A stretch of 64,000 nt of DNA from Podarcis vaucheri (lineage: Eukaryota), in the NCBI GenBank assembly GCA_965113315.1, contig OZ220367.1. One strand, 5' to 3'. Shown one piece after another: positions 1 through 12,930 of the stretch (within the stretch, counting starts at the first letter, position 1; every line of letters begins with the position of its first letter). Made by a program: the position numbers and the translations under genes. The notes beneath the pieces were generated by a model, which had not been told where the DNA came from, did not search any database, and worked only from the letters and a program-made list of their open reading frames with translations.

Positions 1-1435
1 CAGTGAGCATGCAAGAATTACTGGTGCTCAAAGCTGAATTGTAATTGTATTTTATTTTTAATAGGTGCAATGGAGACATTACAGGCAAATCCTCCCCTAT
101 AAGGATTGGACAAGCTGAGCCTTATTTGGGGAGAAAACACAGAAATGCGGTCTTTTCTATCTGTTACAGAGTTGTGTTTTATTGTTAATCTCCAGGGTCA
201 CCTTATGAATTCATGTTAGTAAAATGTTACGGCCTCATTATAATATTCACTTTGTGAAAGGCCCTGCATTTATCACATCCCAACCTTGGATGAATATAAA
301 TTAAAAATGTGCATCTTTTTTTTAAGGAAAGGATTTCATACAGTTAGTCCTCCCTCCCTTGCCAGCCCTTCCCCAGTTATAGAGAAATTCTAAAACTGAT
401 CTTTTGTTCCAGTTTAGGAAACACCTAAATTCTCATTGCTTCCATAGCTCAAAGTTAACATTTCCTTTGTTGTTTGTTTGGCTATAGAATGGAACTTCTA
501 AACTAATGTAGGACCAAAGATTACCAGCCCCCTCTGTCTGATGGGGCCATTCACCCCCCCAAAAAAAAATGGGGGCGGGAATTCAGCTACTTTTAAGAGG
601 TCCTTAGTGTATTCAAATACATTTTGAGCATGGCTTCTTTCTTCCTCCACCATAAAGACTTTGTGTCATGATGTTGTGTTGCTCAGACATTCTGATCAGA
701 ATTGAGAAGGAACACTGCCACGCTGCTGTGCAGTTGTGTGAAGCAGCACCAATGAATCTCTTTTATGGGAAAATAAGGAAATTTAGCAGCCTTGTCAAGA
801 AGAGTAGACAGTCCCACCCCACTGATGAAATTGCCAAGTTCTTGATAACTATTCTAATCTTTATGTGACATTTTATCCCTGCCTTACCTCCTGAACCAAT
901 GAAAAACCTCAGTTTAATATTTTGGACAAGCACTGTTGCGCAGGACTGAAACAGTTACATCATAGTTAAACACTTTTATATTTGTTTCATGTTTTCTATA
1001 AGAATGAGAATGTTTTTTTACCACTTTATCTTTTGATTAATTGGTATATAATTTTCGTTAAAAAATACTATTTTTTCCTTTGGATGTGCAACTCAATGAC
1101 CATTCTTGGAAAAACAACAACAACAGGTACACAATTGTCTGATAAATGGTGTTTTGCCACCCCAATAAAAGCACTAGGACTGCATACTCCTTCCTCACCA
1201 CTCCCTTTCTATTCTCCCCTTTTGCCACCCAGCTTCAGTGAACCAAAAACCTTGAAAGGTCTCACTTAAAACTAGGATATGAAACCAGGAGACGGGAGAG
1301 TGGGGGTGATCCTGTTCTCCCATGGCATGTTCAGTATCCCTGAATACCAACCCTGTGAATGGGCTCTTTGTTTTCCCATGCATGTTTGTCTGCCTTGTTA
1401 TTCTAAGCTTACTTTCTCCGCTGTTGTTCCAACTA

Positions 1436-1644
1436 CAGTGGTACTTCAGGTTACAAACACTTTGGGTTACAGACTCCACTAACCCAGAAGTAGTACCTCA
1501 GGTTAAGAACTTTGCCCCAGGATGAGAACAGAAATTGTGCGGCAGTGGCGTGGCGGCAGCAGGAGGCCCCATTAGCTAAAGTGGTACCTAAGGTTAAGAA
1601 CGGACCTCTGGAACGAATTAAGTTCATAACCAGAGGTACCACTG
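1436..1644. mobile_element. Non-autonomous Tc1/mariner (Tigger/pogo-like) MITE
   Basis: TIRs CAGTGGTACTTCAGGTTA ... TAACCAGAGGTACCACTG. TA on the left and CA (mutated TA) on the right. Clearly homologous to 63625-63865. Confidence 0.85.
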
Positions 1645-3879
1645 CACAGTCATAATTATCTGCCTCTCCAAATTCAGCCCCAATTGGATGGCATGATCCA
1701 CATGTGTCCATTTATCAGATAAAAGAATCTTACAGTTCCTATCAGATTTTATGGGCATGAGGGTACTTCAAAATTATGACGGCAACTTCAGATCCTATAG
1801 GTATGAAGCCAGAAAGAACCTTCAAAGCTGTCACTTCCATTTCCTACAAAAGCAAAACACTTTGTAAAAGGAAAAAAAAAATACACACACATTACTGCTG
1901 AATTATAAATGAGATCTGGTATTTTTGTGATGGTACAAATCGAAGGCTTTCTACATATTGTTAGAATACCAATTCACCCTTACTGGTCTCTACTACCTAC
2001 CACTGTATAGAGTCCCCTGAGAGTCATCCATTTCTCATGAGATTACTTCAGCATCACATTACCGCTACCACATATCCATTATATATACACTTTCAGACAA
2101 GTGGAAGTGTTTCCACAAAAACAATCTGGAATCTTGGCTTAAAACTGAAGTTTTCTGTCAAAGCAAAGAGAGTAGTCTAAAAGAGGGCTTATTTTTGTTT
2201 TGTTTGTACAAATATGTTGCTTTTAGATGGCTGTGGGGAAAATGCACAGCAGTTGGGCCACTCTTTTGTTTCAAAGCAGCAATCCCAAACCATGTACTCA
2301 GTAGCAGCAGGTTCCTTTTGTGTATGAGAAATCAGGCTTCATTCATTCCATGGGAAGCTTTTTTGGAACACAGCCTGAGAGGGTAAGCCTTGTTATGCTG
2401 GCAACTTTCTTATATCAATGCACTGGAGCTCCCATATATCAATCAATCAATATATCATCTGATATCGAGACATACTTAGAGAATTCTCTCCTATGGTTCA
2501 TGATAATGCCTGATAAGCTTACTTTGCAATGCCTTTACAGCTCGTCTGAACTTTGAAACTATCAAACTTTTTGCAGGAATTTAGGGAACAAAGGAGGGGC
2601 TGAAACTGTCTCTTTTGCATTTAATGCAAGGAGGCTGTGAATTATACCCAAGTATAAAAGCCACATCGGTCTGTTCAAAGATGCAAAGGCATTTCTGCCC
2701 AGAGGTCCGTCCCCCCCCCCCTTATCTTATATGTGTCTTTAAGGCATGATGATTACGGAAACAAATGAAGCCCTTGGTTAGATACAGAAATGGAAGAGGC
2801 TATCCCATTCCCCCTGACAACTATATTTCTATATTCTGATAGCCATCTGCTGGAATCAGATGGTATATGTCTTGTAACATCTGGATAATGGGGTTTCAAC
2901 TGTAATCTCATTAATTTAATATTTCTGTTTAAGAGATAAGGCTGTCTTATACGAGGCTTTCCAAGATGGGCAAGACTTTTGTTATGCATGTAGGGCACAA
3001 TTCAAAGAAAGTTAAGTGCACCCAAGTCCTAATCAGTGGGATTTCAGCTTAATTTCAAGCCAGACACTGGCTTCAGTTACAGATGAGGAAAGTCTCTCCT
3101 CTTTGATTAGGGATTTCAGTGGCACTTAAGTGCACCTAATTTTCTCTGGATCTCACTCTTAGTCTTTTTTTATATTTAGTTTTCTCAAATTTTGAACCTA
3201 TTCCTGTTGCTGCCAATAAAAATGCGCTGCTTATCTCAACCCCAATCAAGCAAGGTCAGTGAACTGTGTGACATCATGCACTGGGTAAACAGATGTAAAT
3301 TTTACATACAGTGATTTACTATTACTTTTCACCAACTTCTTCCTTAGGAAGTCAGTATTTTTATTGAGCACAAGGGGCCTTTAGCATAGGTCAAATGTGT
3401 GCCTACAACAATGCATAGTAGAATTTTCACACATAATTATTTCATTTAGGAAGTTTCATCTTTGAATGGGTACTGTTTCCTAAAGGAAAGTGAAAATAAT
3501 TTCAGTTTTCTTTACATTGAATATGCTTTACAAATACTTTATTTTGAGTGCTACCAGTTCAACATTTTTGCTTTTTAATATCATGAATGTGGATTCATTT
3601 GAAACTGGTACTTTAAGAGTCATGTGAGCATATGGTAATTTCAGTTCTTCACTTAACAAAATTACATTTAGGTACTGCATGACCCCATATAACTACATTC
3701 TCTGGTGAATCCTTAGTGCTCCTTTGGCCGAAAGCAAATAAAGAGAGCACCAAATTCACAGTTTCATTATTTTAAATATAGCTAAGATAATTCAGTTTAG
3801 ATTTAGCAATATAAAGCAATGTAATATTGTGTGTGATCTTAAAGGCACCCGAACCATGTGTTATGCTGACACTTTAAAA

Positions 3880-5226
3880 GTTGTTATTGTTTTTTTAACA
3901 CTTTGTTTTAAAAAATGTATATACCAGAGTCCAAAGAAATTCATTATAATGTATCATGGACAACAGGAAATGGGACTGGTATGTTTTCGTTGGTCATGAT
4001 TCTGTATCCATTATGATGAATTTCTGTATCCTGGATAAAAGAGAAAAGGAAAAGCCCCTTTCCCTCCTTTCCCCATTCTTTTTCCAAGCTAATCTCCAAA
4101 ATCTTGGGGGCATTTTCTTTTGTATTCACTTCAGCATGTACACAAGGGCCTTTCCCTCTCAGCTTTGCCTCTGCTATCTCCATTTGTTTCTTAATGCTTC
4201 TATTCATAATTCCATTCATTTCTCCCAGTCACAACAGCATCCTTTTTCTGTTCTGCCATCTACAGTTGTTTCTCTTCCAGCGTCACAATGGCATCCTTTG
4301 TCTGTTCCAGTCCTCCAGTCAGCTGAGTGGATGACCACTCCATTCCAATGTTTGCTGTTGTCCATTTTGCCTTTAGCTTTTTGTGTTCAGGATGTTCTGG
4401 GTCAACATCCTTTCCCACAGGTCCTGTGCATTCTTTAGTCTGTTTTTGCCCCCCCCCCGATCTGATCTTCTTTAATATTCCACACATTTCAGCTCTTAAT
4501 TCTATCAACTGTTCATCTAGTAATTTTTGCATGATACCAGCAATCACTGAGGCATTCAGCATTGTTTTTGCCATCTTGAGTTATATTATTCTCCCCTTGG
4601 CAGTCTCTGCTTCCAGAAAAATGTGCCCGTTTCTTTAAATCAGTATTCCATTCTGACACAGATAATATTTACTTTCGTTTCCATGTCTAAAACAGCCCAC
4701 AAACAACAGAGAATTAGAGATGGTATAAATTGTAAATTTTAGACAGGATAAGAGGTACATATCTCTTCAGTTATAAACTTTCAAAGTCATCCATAGTTAA
4801 GGTAAGCTTTTTGGTCTACTTTTTGCTTGTTAATTAATGCTTTTTCATCTTCCAGCGGTTTCTGGATGCAAATTAACTGGCAGATAGTGTATCCAATTAG
4901 TACTTACTTCCAGTCTTGTAAATAGTTAAAAGAAGGTGGTATTATCGACCTGGTGCCCTAATTTAAGAGCTATGATGCAGTGCATGGGCTTGATGAATGT
5001 TCCTCACCTGAGACACTTCTCCAATCCTGAAAACACCTTTGTTCACGGTGTGATGAATGTCTTCTTCTGGGCCTGAGGGGTTAATCCCTGACCCCCTTAT
5101 CTCAAAAGGAAGTTTTGGTAATCAAGATCTTATGCCTTGGTTGCCTTTAATCACTGCATAATTATCTCTGCTGACATGAGTGTCAGCAGCTGATCACTAG
5201 TCCGCTATCATTCCTCCCCGGAAGTC
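3880..5226 (-). mobile_element. Probable degenerate L1-derived element (5'UTR plus ORF1-like coiled-coil remnant, no ORF2 visible)
   Basis: Minus strand begins GACTTCCGGGG (5226). AAGATGGC surrounds the start of ORF 4574-4260 (MAKTML...QKLLDEQLIELRAEM...AIVTLEEKQL). A second K/E-rich frame follows at 4219-3944, then an A-rich end near 3890. Family inferred from composition and architecture only. Confidence 0.4.
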
Positions 5227-8200
5227 AGAGGTGACTATTTGTTTTTAAGTAAGATTGTGTGTGTGTGTTTGTTCCAGCCCAATGAAGGAGGAAGCCTCAA
5301 GGGGAATGGGGTGAGGGACTTCCTTCACATTGCCTTTATTAGCCAATAGGCTTGAGGGAGGAGCTGCCTGGTTATGCTGGGCTTGAATTTATTTTGGCTG
5401 TTTGGTTTATTTGGCATTTAATGTGGGCAGGTAAGTGGAGTGGTACATGGTCAGTATCATAATGCAGGGAGGGCACTTCACTTATCATCTCTCTAATGTT
5501 GGCCAGCTTAGGAGACTGCTTGATTTGCTGCTCTTGGGGCCTGGCATGTGCCACTTATTGAATGCTGAATAGTAGGGGTGTCTGGCACCTGTGCACACCT
5601 ATGGCTTCCCTTGATGGGAAGTTGCTATTTGGCTCCTGTCACACCAGCTTGGATGATGGAGTTGATCTGGCGTGGTTTGGTTCTTAGCAGCAGGCAGAAG
5701 ATTTCCTATCTGTCTGTGCATCTTATACCTGCCTACACTTGTTAGCTGTGATTGGTGCAATTTCTTCCCTGTTCTGTTTTAATAAATATAAGCTTCATAC
5801 TCTGGGTGTGCCTTTTGCATGCATGTGTAGTATATTGGAACATTTAATTGTTTTACAGCAATTAGTCACTCTGTGCGTCAAATGAGTGGATTTGCTAGAT
5901 ATTGGGATGTTTCTGAAAAACAGCTGTATGGAGTCTAAAACAGTCCCCTGAATAACACTGTTGGCTGTTGCATTCAACTGTGAACATATTTGTGCATTGC
6001 TTTTACCCTTCTGCCTGCCAGCTTTATTATACAACATCCTTGATATTTCAGATTTATCTGTAGACTGATTTTAATTTTATAGTTAGGACTATAGTATTTT
6101 CCATCACAGGGGAAAAAGAACATTGTGCAATTTTGTTTTTTTGTTATTCAAAAATGTATCCCTTGACAACACTTTGCTGTCTTGTATCTTCATAATACAG
6201 CATTATTTGAATGTTTTCCAGTGCAAATCTACTTCCATACCACTTTGTTTCCTGAAGAACATTGACTGTATTACAGACACATTGGCTAGCAATCACATTT
6301 TTCTTCTTTGACACTGTGTGATTGCATTAAAGATAAGCATCTTTTAAAAACACTGCAGAAATCTAACAATCAGATTTAACCAAATACAGAATTTCTGTTT
6401 CTTATTTGTTTCATAAATTGTTCTGCTGCCACATGAGAACAAATAAGAAACAAACACCCTGGTATTGGTGGGATGAATGTATATTTCATATGGAACTCTC
6501 TTTCACCAAAGTAGATACTTATTAAATGGGTAAGAGTTTCCCCTTTCTTTCCTCAGATTAAGCAAATTAAATTATGTCTCCAAGTTTTGAGTGTACCTCT
6601 TGGCCTAATCCAGTTCTCTAAAACAGCACTCCTAACCCTCTGGATTTCACATGCCTGAAGGCTAAATGCAATTATAAAAACATGACTCTTCCCAGATGAA
6701 CTTTCAAATCTGCCTTGTCTCTTGTTTATTGATGGAAGATTGAAGGAAATATTCAAATCAGCCACCTTTCAATTCTTTACCAGCAGCAAAATGCAGAAAT
6801 CATTAGAGTTGCTATGTCAATGGCTCTGTCCCATCTTAATATTCAACCTAGTTTGGGGATAACTTAAAAAGAAATGCAGGTCTATTCATAATGCACAGCA
6901 CTTCCACATTCTTTCATCTGATATTTGCAGAAGAATAGCAACAACCAGTTCATTTGGAATGCCTATTTAAAGATAGCAAAATAAAGTAATCTGCTGCAAT
7001 GTTAAGTTGTTCTCAGTCCTAAACATTTGCAAGCAGGTTTAAAAAAAATAATCTTCAAATTAATGCATTGCACAAACAGTGTGACCAAAGCATAAGCTGC
7101 ACTTTTACTTTAATTCTGCTTGTCACTGTATTATATTCAGTAAAGATCTATTTTGGAAACTTGGTATTCCCAACCTACTTAGAACTTCTTATAGACCAGT
7201 TTGGAGTGGGACACTAACTTGCTACCAATTTCTTGGCCTATGATAAAAACCCTTCTGTTTCTACCGCCAAACCTTTCAGGGGAGAATTTGCAACACTTTG
7301 GCACCATTTTTGAGCGAATCGGATAACATCAATTTTTTGGCGAAATTCTGACCCCGTGCTGTTTCCAACCAATAAAGCACTGTCTATCTGAGAGGTGCTT
7401 GGCTTCCTCTGTAAGGGGGACCATGATTTATAAATTGATATGATATTTTTGTGGTTTGGGGCTCTGATGGCTTAGACTATCTACAATCAAAACACTACCA
7501 AACACTTTGTCACTTTTTCACTTTGTTTAGTTTGGCTTAGACTACCTATGCAGCTGGGTATGACATGGACCAGTGTTAAGAGGGATTGGCATAAATACTT
7601 CATGTATAGTTTTTGGAGGATCTGTTGCAAATGTCCATAAACTGTGATTTGTTTAAATGGTAGCATCATTTTGCCAGCTTGAATTTTTTTTTTAAAAAAA
7701 ATAAGAAGTTGGTGTCTTATTTTTGGAATCCTTCAGCATGCATGGAATTTAAAGAGCCTTAAGCTATGATGTTTTCCTTTCATAAAATTTATATTTAATC
7801 ATATCTTTAAAAAGTGTTCTCATTCTGCCACTTGGTGTTATCAACCAAGCGGAACCCGTGAATGCAATGTTCTCTTTTAACTGTTTTTGTATTTCATTCC
7901 TTCACAACTTCTTAAATGGTACATGGTGTAAATCACAGTGAAGCATCCATGAGTAACATGTGACTTGCACTTAAGTGAGTGTTTTCTTTTTGAAATTAGA
8001 GAAGTTGCTGCCACAAATAATCTTGTATTTAGATTTTCCTGTCAGAATTCCAAACTCAAACTGGTACCTGTTCCATGTAATGCCATGTTCTTGACAGCAG
8101 GGTTTTTTATATATCAATCATCCCCACACTATTGGTTTCAGCTATTTAAACTTACTTAATTCCACAGAAATTTTCAATGAAAACATGACACTGAAATATG

Positions 8201-8652
8201 AGATTCAGATGCAAAAAGATTGGTGAAATAGTGTTCCAGCCATATGATGTCATGATGAGAGTCAGCAAAGGATGGCCAGTCCAGGGCTGCTTCATTACCT
8301 GCTAAAGAACTGGACCAGATCCATATATCGAAACTGAAACTGGTGGCCAGGACCCTTGCAACCCAAGCCAGGACCCTCACAGATGCCTCCCTCCAAGCCT
8401 CAAAAATCAAGCACTCTTTGTTCCACCATGTCTACCCAACAGTTCAGGAAACACATCAGGTAAGAAGATGCAGAAAGGAGAAGCAGTGCTCACCTAAGAG
8501 TGTTGGCCTTTTAAGGATTCACACTATTCAAGTGGGCAGGGACAAACTGTTCCCACTAGTGGCTGGTGTACATGGGACTGGTAGGCCAAAAAGCAGGGAG
8601 GCCAATGGTAGGTGGAGCCAGAATGAATGACAGGCAGAGCCAGCTAATTCTA

Positions 8653-8962
8653 CGATACGATACGATACAATACGATAATCTTTATTGTCATTGTATCATA
8701 CAGAACAATGAAACTGAAAAATCTACATAAGACATTAAAAACCCAACAAGCCTGCTATCCCAGCTATCCCAACCTGGTTAGCCCCCTAAAAACTCTGATA
8801 CCTCATTTTTAAATACAATATACTCCCATACAGACTCCTTACAATGCATTTAAAACCAAATTGGCATTTGGGTAGAAACTGTTTCTCAGGCAGCAAGTCC
8901 TAGTCTTTATAATCCTGTACCTTCTTCCAGAAGGCAGAAGCTGAAAGAAATCATATCTGGGG
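8653..8962 (-). mobile_element. 5'-truncated Rex1/Babar LINE 3' end
   Basis: Minus-strand translation DFFQLLPSGRRYRIIKTRTCCLRNSFYPNANLVLNAL* (stop at 8841-8839) matches the Rex1 ORF C-terminal motif FQLLPSGRRYR...LRNSF.P.A..LLN. It is followed by a 3'UTR with AATAAA and a (TATCG)n tail. Possible TTCTA duplication at 8648-8652 and 8963-8967. Confidence 0.85.
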
Positions 8963-9130
8963 TTCTAGTTTTGTCCCCCATCCTCCTCCCTGCTGAGTTC
9001 TACAAGGGCAATGCAAAGACCAAGAAGGGGGGAGTTGATAGGCAGTGCCAACACCTAGAATGGTTGTAAGAAGCAAGGAAGGCAAGTGAGAGCTGGCTGA
9101 AGGCAGACTGAGGTTGGGGCAGCACCCCAT

Positions 9131-9608
9131 TGTCATGATGCTGTCAGCAGCTCCCGGCTGGATGCCCAGGAAAGTCTAAAGACAAGGAAAGTTTCTTACA
9201 GTCCTTTTTTATTTCATTCTTTACAGAGAGAGGCTATAGAACCCAGCCCCTTGGATAATGGCGTTGTCCCAAGTGACTCTCCACTCCCCGTCTCTCCCAC
9301 TTCCTCATTTGTCACTTCTATGGGTGCTGCTATGTGCCCTTTGTCTTTGAGCTCTTTGCTCTCCTACTTTTATGGTTGCCAGCTTCTGGGAGACGGTGGG
9401 TCTGGAATGCTTTCTAATGACAATGTGTCAGCCGGGTGTTGTTCTGGCTCTACCATGATTTCCCAACTTTCCTCCTCATGCTGCCTCTGAGCTGCAACCT
9501 CCCTCAAACCCCTGTTGTAAATCTATACTATCTTCCTCTTCCTCCTCCCTGGAAGGGTCAGGATGGGGAGATGGTCTCCACCATTCCTCCTCTGCCCAGT
9601 CCCTGACA
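9131..9608 (-). mobile_element. Solo LTR (Gypsy-like)
   Basis: TGTCA...TGACA termini with a perfect 4-bp CCAT duplication (9127-9130, 9609-9612). Minus-strand AATAAA near 9208-9213 in the 3' part. No internal coding region. Confidence 0.7.
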
Positions 9609-11471
9609 CCCATCACTCCCCATAGACACTCTTCCCCTGCCTATTTCCCATTCCTAGTTCAAATCTCTCTATTCACCTCCAGCCTTGGTTGGAGCAAATT
9701 GCTCATTGGGAGCTTTCTATGGTTCTTCTTTGCTTGTGAGTAGTGAAAATAAAGCAGGATTAACACAAGCCACTAAACTGCCTCCTTCTTGCTAAAATTT
9801 CAGTAAGCAAAAAATTATTTCACAGTTAAGAATCATTTGGTTCTTAGACCAACTCACTTCTTCCTTCAGCACCAGACTTGAGTTTGTCTTCCAGGAAGCA
9901 GCTTCTCCTTCTACACCAATGAGCTACTTTTTGCTATGTATGCACAATCTTATCTGTACTCTGAAAAAAATGCTGCAGACTTTGTGGATAGGGCCTAGGT
10001 ATACACCTCTGCTATCAGTATAGCTTCTGCTGTAACAATCTGCTCTACATGCTGTGGTTGGATCTTGGCTAGCAGACACGCTCCTGCTTCCACTCTGTGC
10101 ATTGATTGTACACAAGATTTGTTTCCTAAACAGGGCTCAAGAGTTGAGGATAAAACAAACAAGTGATGTACATGCATGTGTGAACATCTTGTGATAGGAA
10201 AAGAATGTGTGAATGGAGCCTCCACAGGTTCCCACAGTACTTTGTTCAACCGGTGCAACATCTTGAAGTGTAGGTTCATTTTCTGTTGTACAGTAGCATG
10301 CACTATTTTCTTTGTTCATATAAATCACCTGCAGTGGCATGAACGAGTTAAAATACATTTATTTCCCTCAGAACTGCTCTAGAGTCAGCTATGCTGGTGG
10401 TCTCCACAAGAAATTCAAACTCTCTGCTGACCAAGTGAAAAAACACATGTTCATGTATCAGGAGGATATATAATCTTAGTTGAGTCAGTCTCAGTGACGA
10501 TTCCACTCAGTGAAATCTTCACTTGGATCTCAGGTCTTAGGAATTTCGTGAGTCTCAAACAGCTAGAGAGAAGACTGTTAAACCTGAAGGATTTGACTGC
10601 TATTTTCCCTCCTTTCTCCTTCAGACTCTTGCCATTTCTCCCCCTGCAGTGGAAAGATTTTTGCCTTTTAAAAATTCACATATAAAACAGTCTTAAGAAG
10701 CGTTGGCCACTGGTTCCCTTAAGAAAATAACATTCCAGAATCCTAAAAGCTGCAGTGTGTTCCCTTAGTGGGTGTTTAGAAGCTTGTCATTTGAGAGTCT
10801 CTTTAGTTTGGCCCTCAAAGCTCAGCTTCCCAATATGTTCAGGAAGTGGTGCTGTCAGTCTTGTGAGCATATATGAGAATTGTTGGACGGGGTGGTGGTA
10901 GCAGAGAACATAGTGCAACACTAACTTCAGCACAATGGTGTCAGTTCCTAGTATGCCCTCAAGGAAAAGTGTGAGCAGGGGAGTCTCTGCTTTCCTTCTG
11001 TTATTCCCCTCAGTCAAGTTCCAGATGGGTGTCCCTGTGGCAACACAACACATATAGTTGCAGTTTGGGGGAAGTGAGGGACTCTTCTCTCCTTCCTCAT
11101 TTCCCCCCTCATTTTTAATGGGTGCTTGCTTTCCTACAGAGGTTCTGCCAAGTGAGTGGAAAAGGGTGAGATTTTTTTGTTTGTGCAAGAGCAAGACAAA
11201 GGTGTGTCTGACCACTTTGAGCTAAGGTGGGCATAGGTTTCTAGGGACGCTGCTGCCTCAGGTGATAAGAGAAAAGCCCCAAGGAACATGTGGCAGCTGG
11301 GCTCCACCAAAACACTCTGACAGTGATGATCTACTGGTGAGAGGAATCTAGTATGGTAGCTCTTCTCTGCTCAACTTGCTCCTACCCTTGTTAGCAAAGT
11401 CACTTAAATAATGCAGAGTCCAGAGCGAAAAGAGAGATAGCACTTTACGGAGGCAAAAGAACAAAATCCTG

Positions 11472-11729
11472 TGAAATATACTCGGAGTCAAGAGTGGATT
11501 TCATGCTCTTTATTCAGCTCATAGTGGTGAGGAGGAATGGAAGTTCCCCCAGAATGTCTGCTTTAAATACATTATTTACACAATGGGCCCCATGTGATTG
11601 GCTAATTCCAGGATTCACCTGTAGGCCAATCAGGTTGTGGATTCACTTCCACCTGGAGCTGGATTGGGTGGCTCCTTTGGACCAATCAGACTGCTGCATT
11701 TTGGATCCTATTCAACTCAGTACATAACA
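11472..11729 (-). mobile_element. Short solo LTR (Gypsy-like)
   Basis: TG...CA ends with an imperfect terminal inverted repeat (TGAAATATACT / TGTTATGTACT). Flanks are TCCTG/GCCTG (5-bp TSD, one mismatch). The minus strand has four CCAAT/ATTGG boxes, then TATTTAAA, then AATAAA, in U3-R-U5 order. Confidence 0.7.
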
Positions 11730-12899
11730 GCCTGTGTAAGTTGAGGGTTAAGTTACAGAGAGGTTTTGTCTTCCCTCAGAACTACCTGGCCAATGAAAGC
11801 ACATGCCACCTCAGTGAAGTTCATGCCACTCTGCTTGGTTGTTAAGCAGCATGCCCTCTTCTTGGTTAGCTGAGTTACTAATTGCAAAATTCACTCTTAA
11901 GTCATACATGGAATGATATCTGCTGTTACACTTCCTGCAGCCCTCATACGAGACTTCTGAATAAAAACTGAGGCTCCGAGACAAAAGAAAATCCAACTCT
12001 ATTTTATGGCATGGGAGAGAGAAAGGCAAGAGCAAAGGAAGGACAGGAACAAATGGCAATTGTTTATAATACCCATTTTGTGAAGAGAGTGTTATTTCTC
12101 TTCATTGGAGAGAGAGCTACAGAAATTACTTCTGCGCCAATGGTGTAAGCTTACTCCTTTCTTCAGTTTGCTAAATGCTGCAGGGTTTTTTTCTCCCTCT
12201 TCTGGATATACACATACACAATTAAGTTTTCTTTCTTGCAGGCTAATATCCTGAAGTGTTTGGAGGCCCATCCAAGAGCCATCTGTTGCTTACCTCTGTG
12301 TTCTCCAGTTTGGGAGACCTCATGGAAAATTCAACACAGATCCATCTGCAGACAGAACAACAAAGTCAGCATTTAACTGTGCTGAATTTTACAGAATTTT
12401 CTCCTGTGGATGGTATTGATATCTTTTAAGTGAACGGAGTAATGTGGGAATGATTCTCTAAGTTATTGACAGGTGTCCAGAGAGGAGCTGTGTAAGAAAC
12501 ATTTTGATCCTTGAGAATCGCATCATAATGGATTGGGCTAATCTCCTGGCTTTTCAGATCTGTCCATGTCTAAGACATATCTAAGGTCACATTGTAGCTA
12601 TAGACTAATCAGACTTCTTGCTTTATCTTGCTCAGATGCCAAGTTAAAGCACTTCCCAGGCTCTGACACCATTCCTGTTCTAAAAGGTCAGAGTTCCCAG
12701 ATACACCGGAAAATATCACAGACATCCAGAGCCTCACATTCACTTAATAGCCATGGTATTGGAAAATATTTTTCTAACTGCTGGGAACGGTGTGTGAAAT
12801 CCATGCCAGGACCTATTTCCTTTAAATATTCGGACAGTGGAAGAAGTTGATTTCAGCTTCTGCGTTTTCAAACTGCAGTTGAAAGCTTGCACTACAGCT

Positions 12900-12922
12900 T
12901 GTGTGTGTGTGTGTGTGTGTGT
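12900..12922. repeat. (GT)n microsatellite
   Basis: Seen directly. Confidence 0.95.
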
Positions 12923-12930
12923 TAGTGGTA

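Noticed and set aside
3956-4638. Plus-strand F/L/S-rich ORFs
   Set aside because: Antisense shadows of the A-rich L1-like element.
8257-8459. Open frame ending at a good donor CAG|GTAAGA
   Set aside because: In-frame stops upstream, no matching acceptor and no recognisable protein.
12242-12364. Strong acceptor TTTTCTTTCTTGCAG followed by an open frame
   Set aside because: No good donor downstream and the peptide is unrecognisable.
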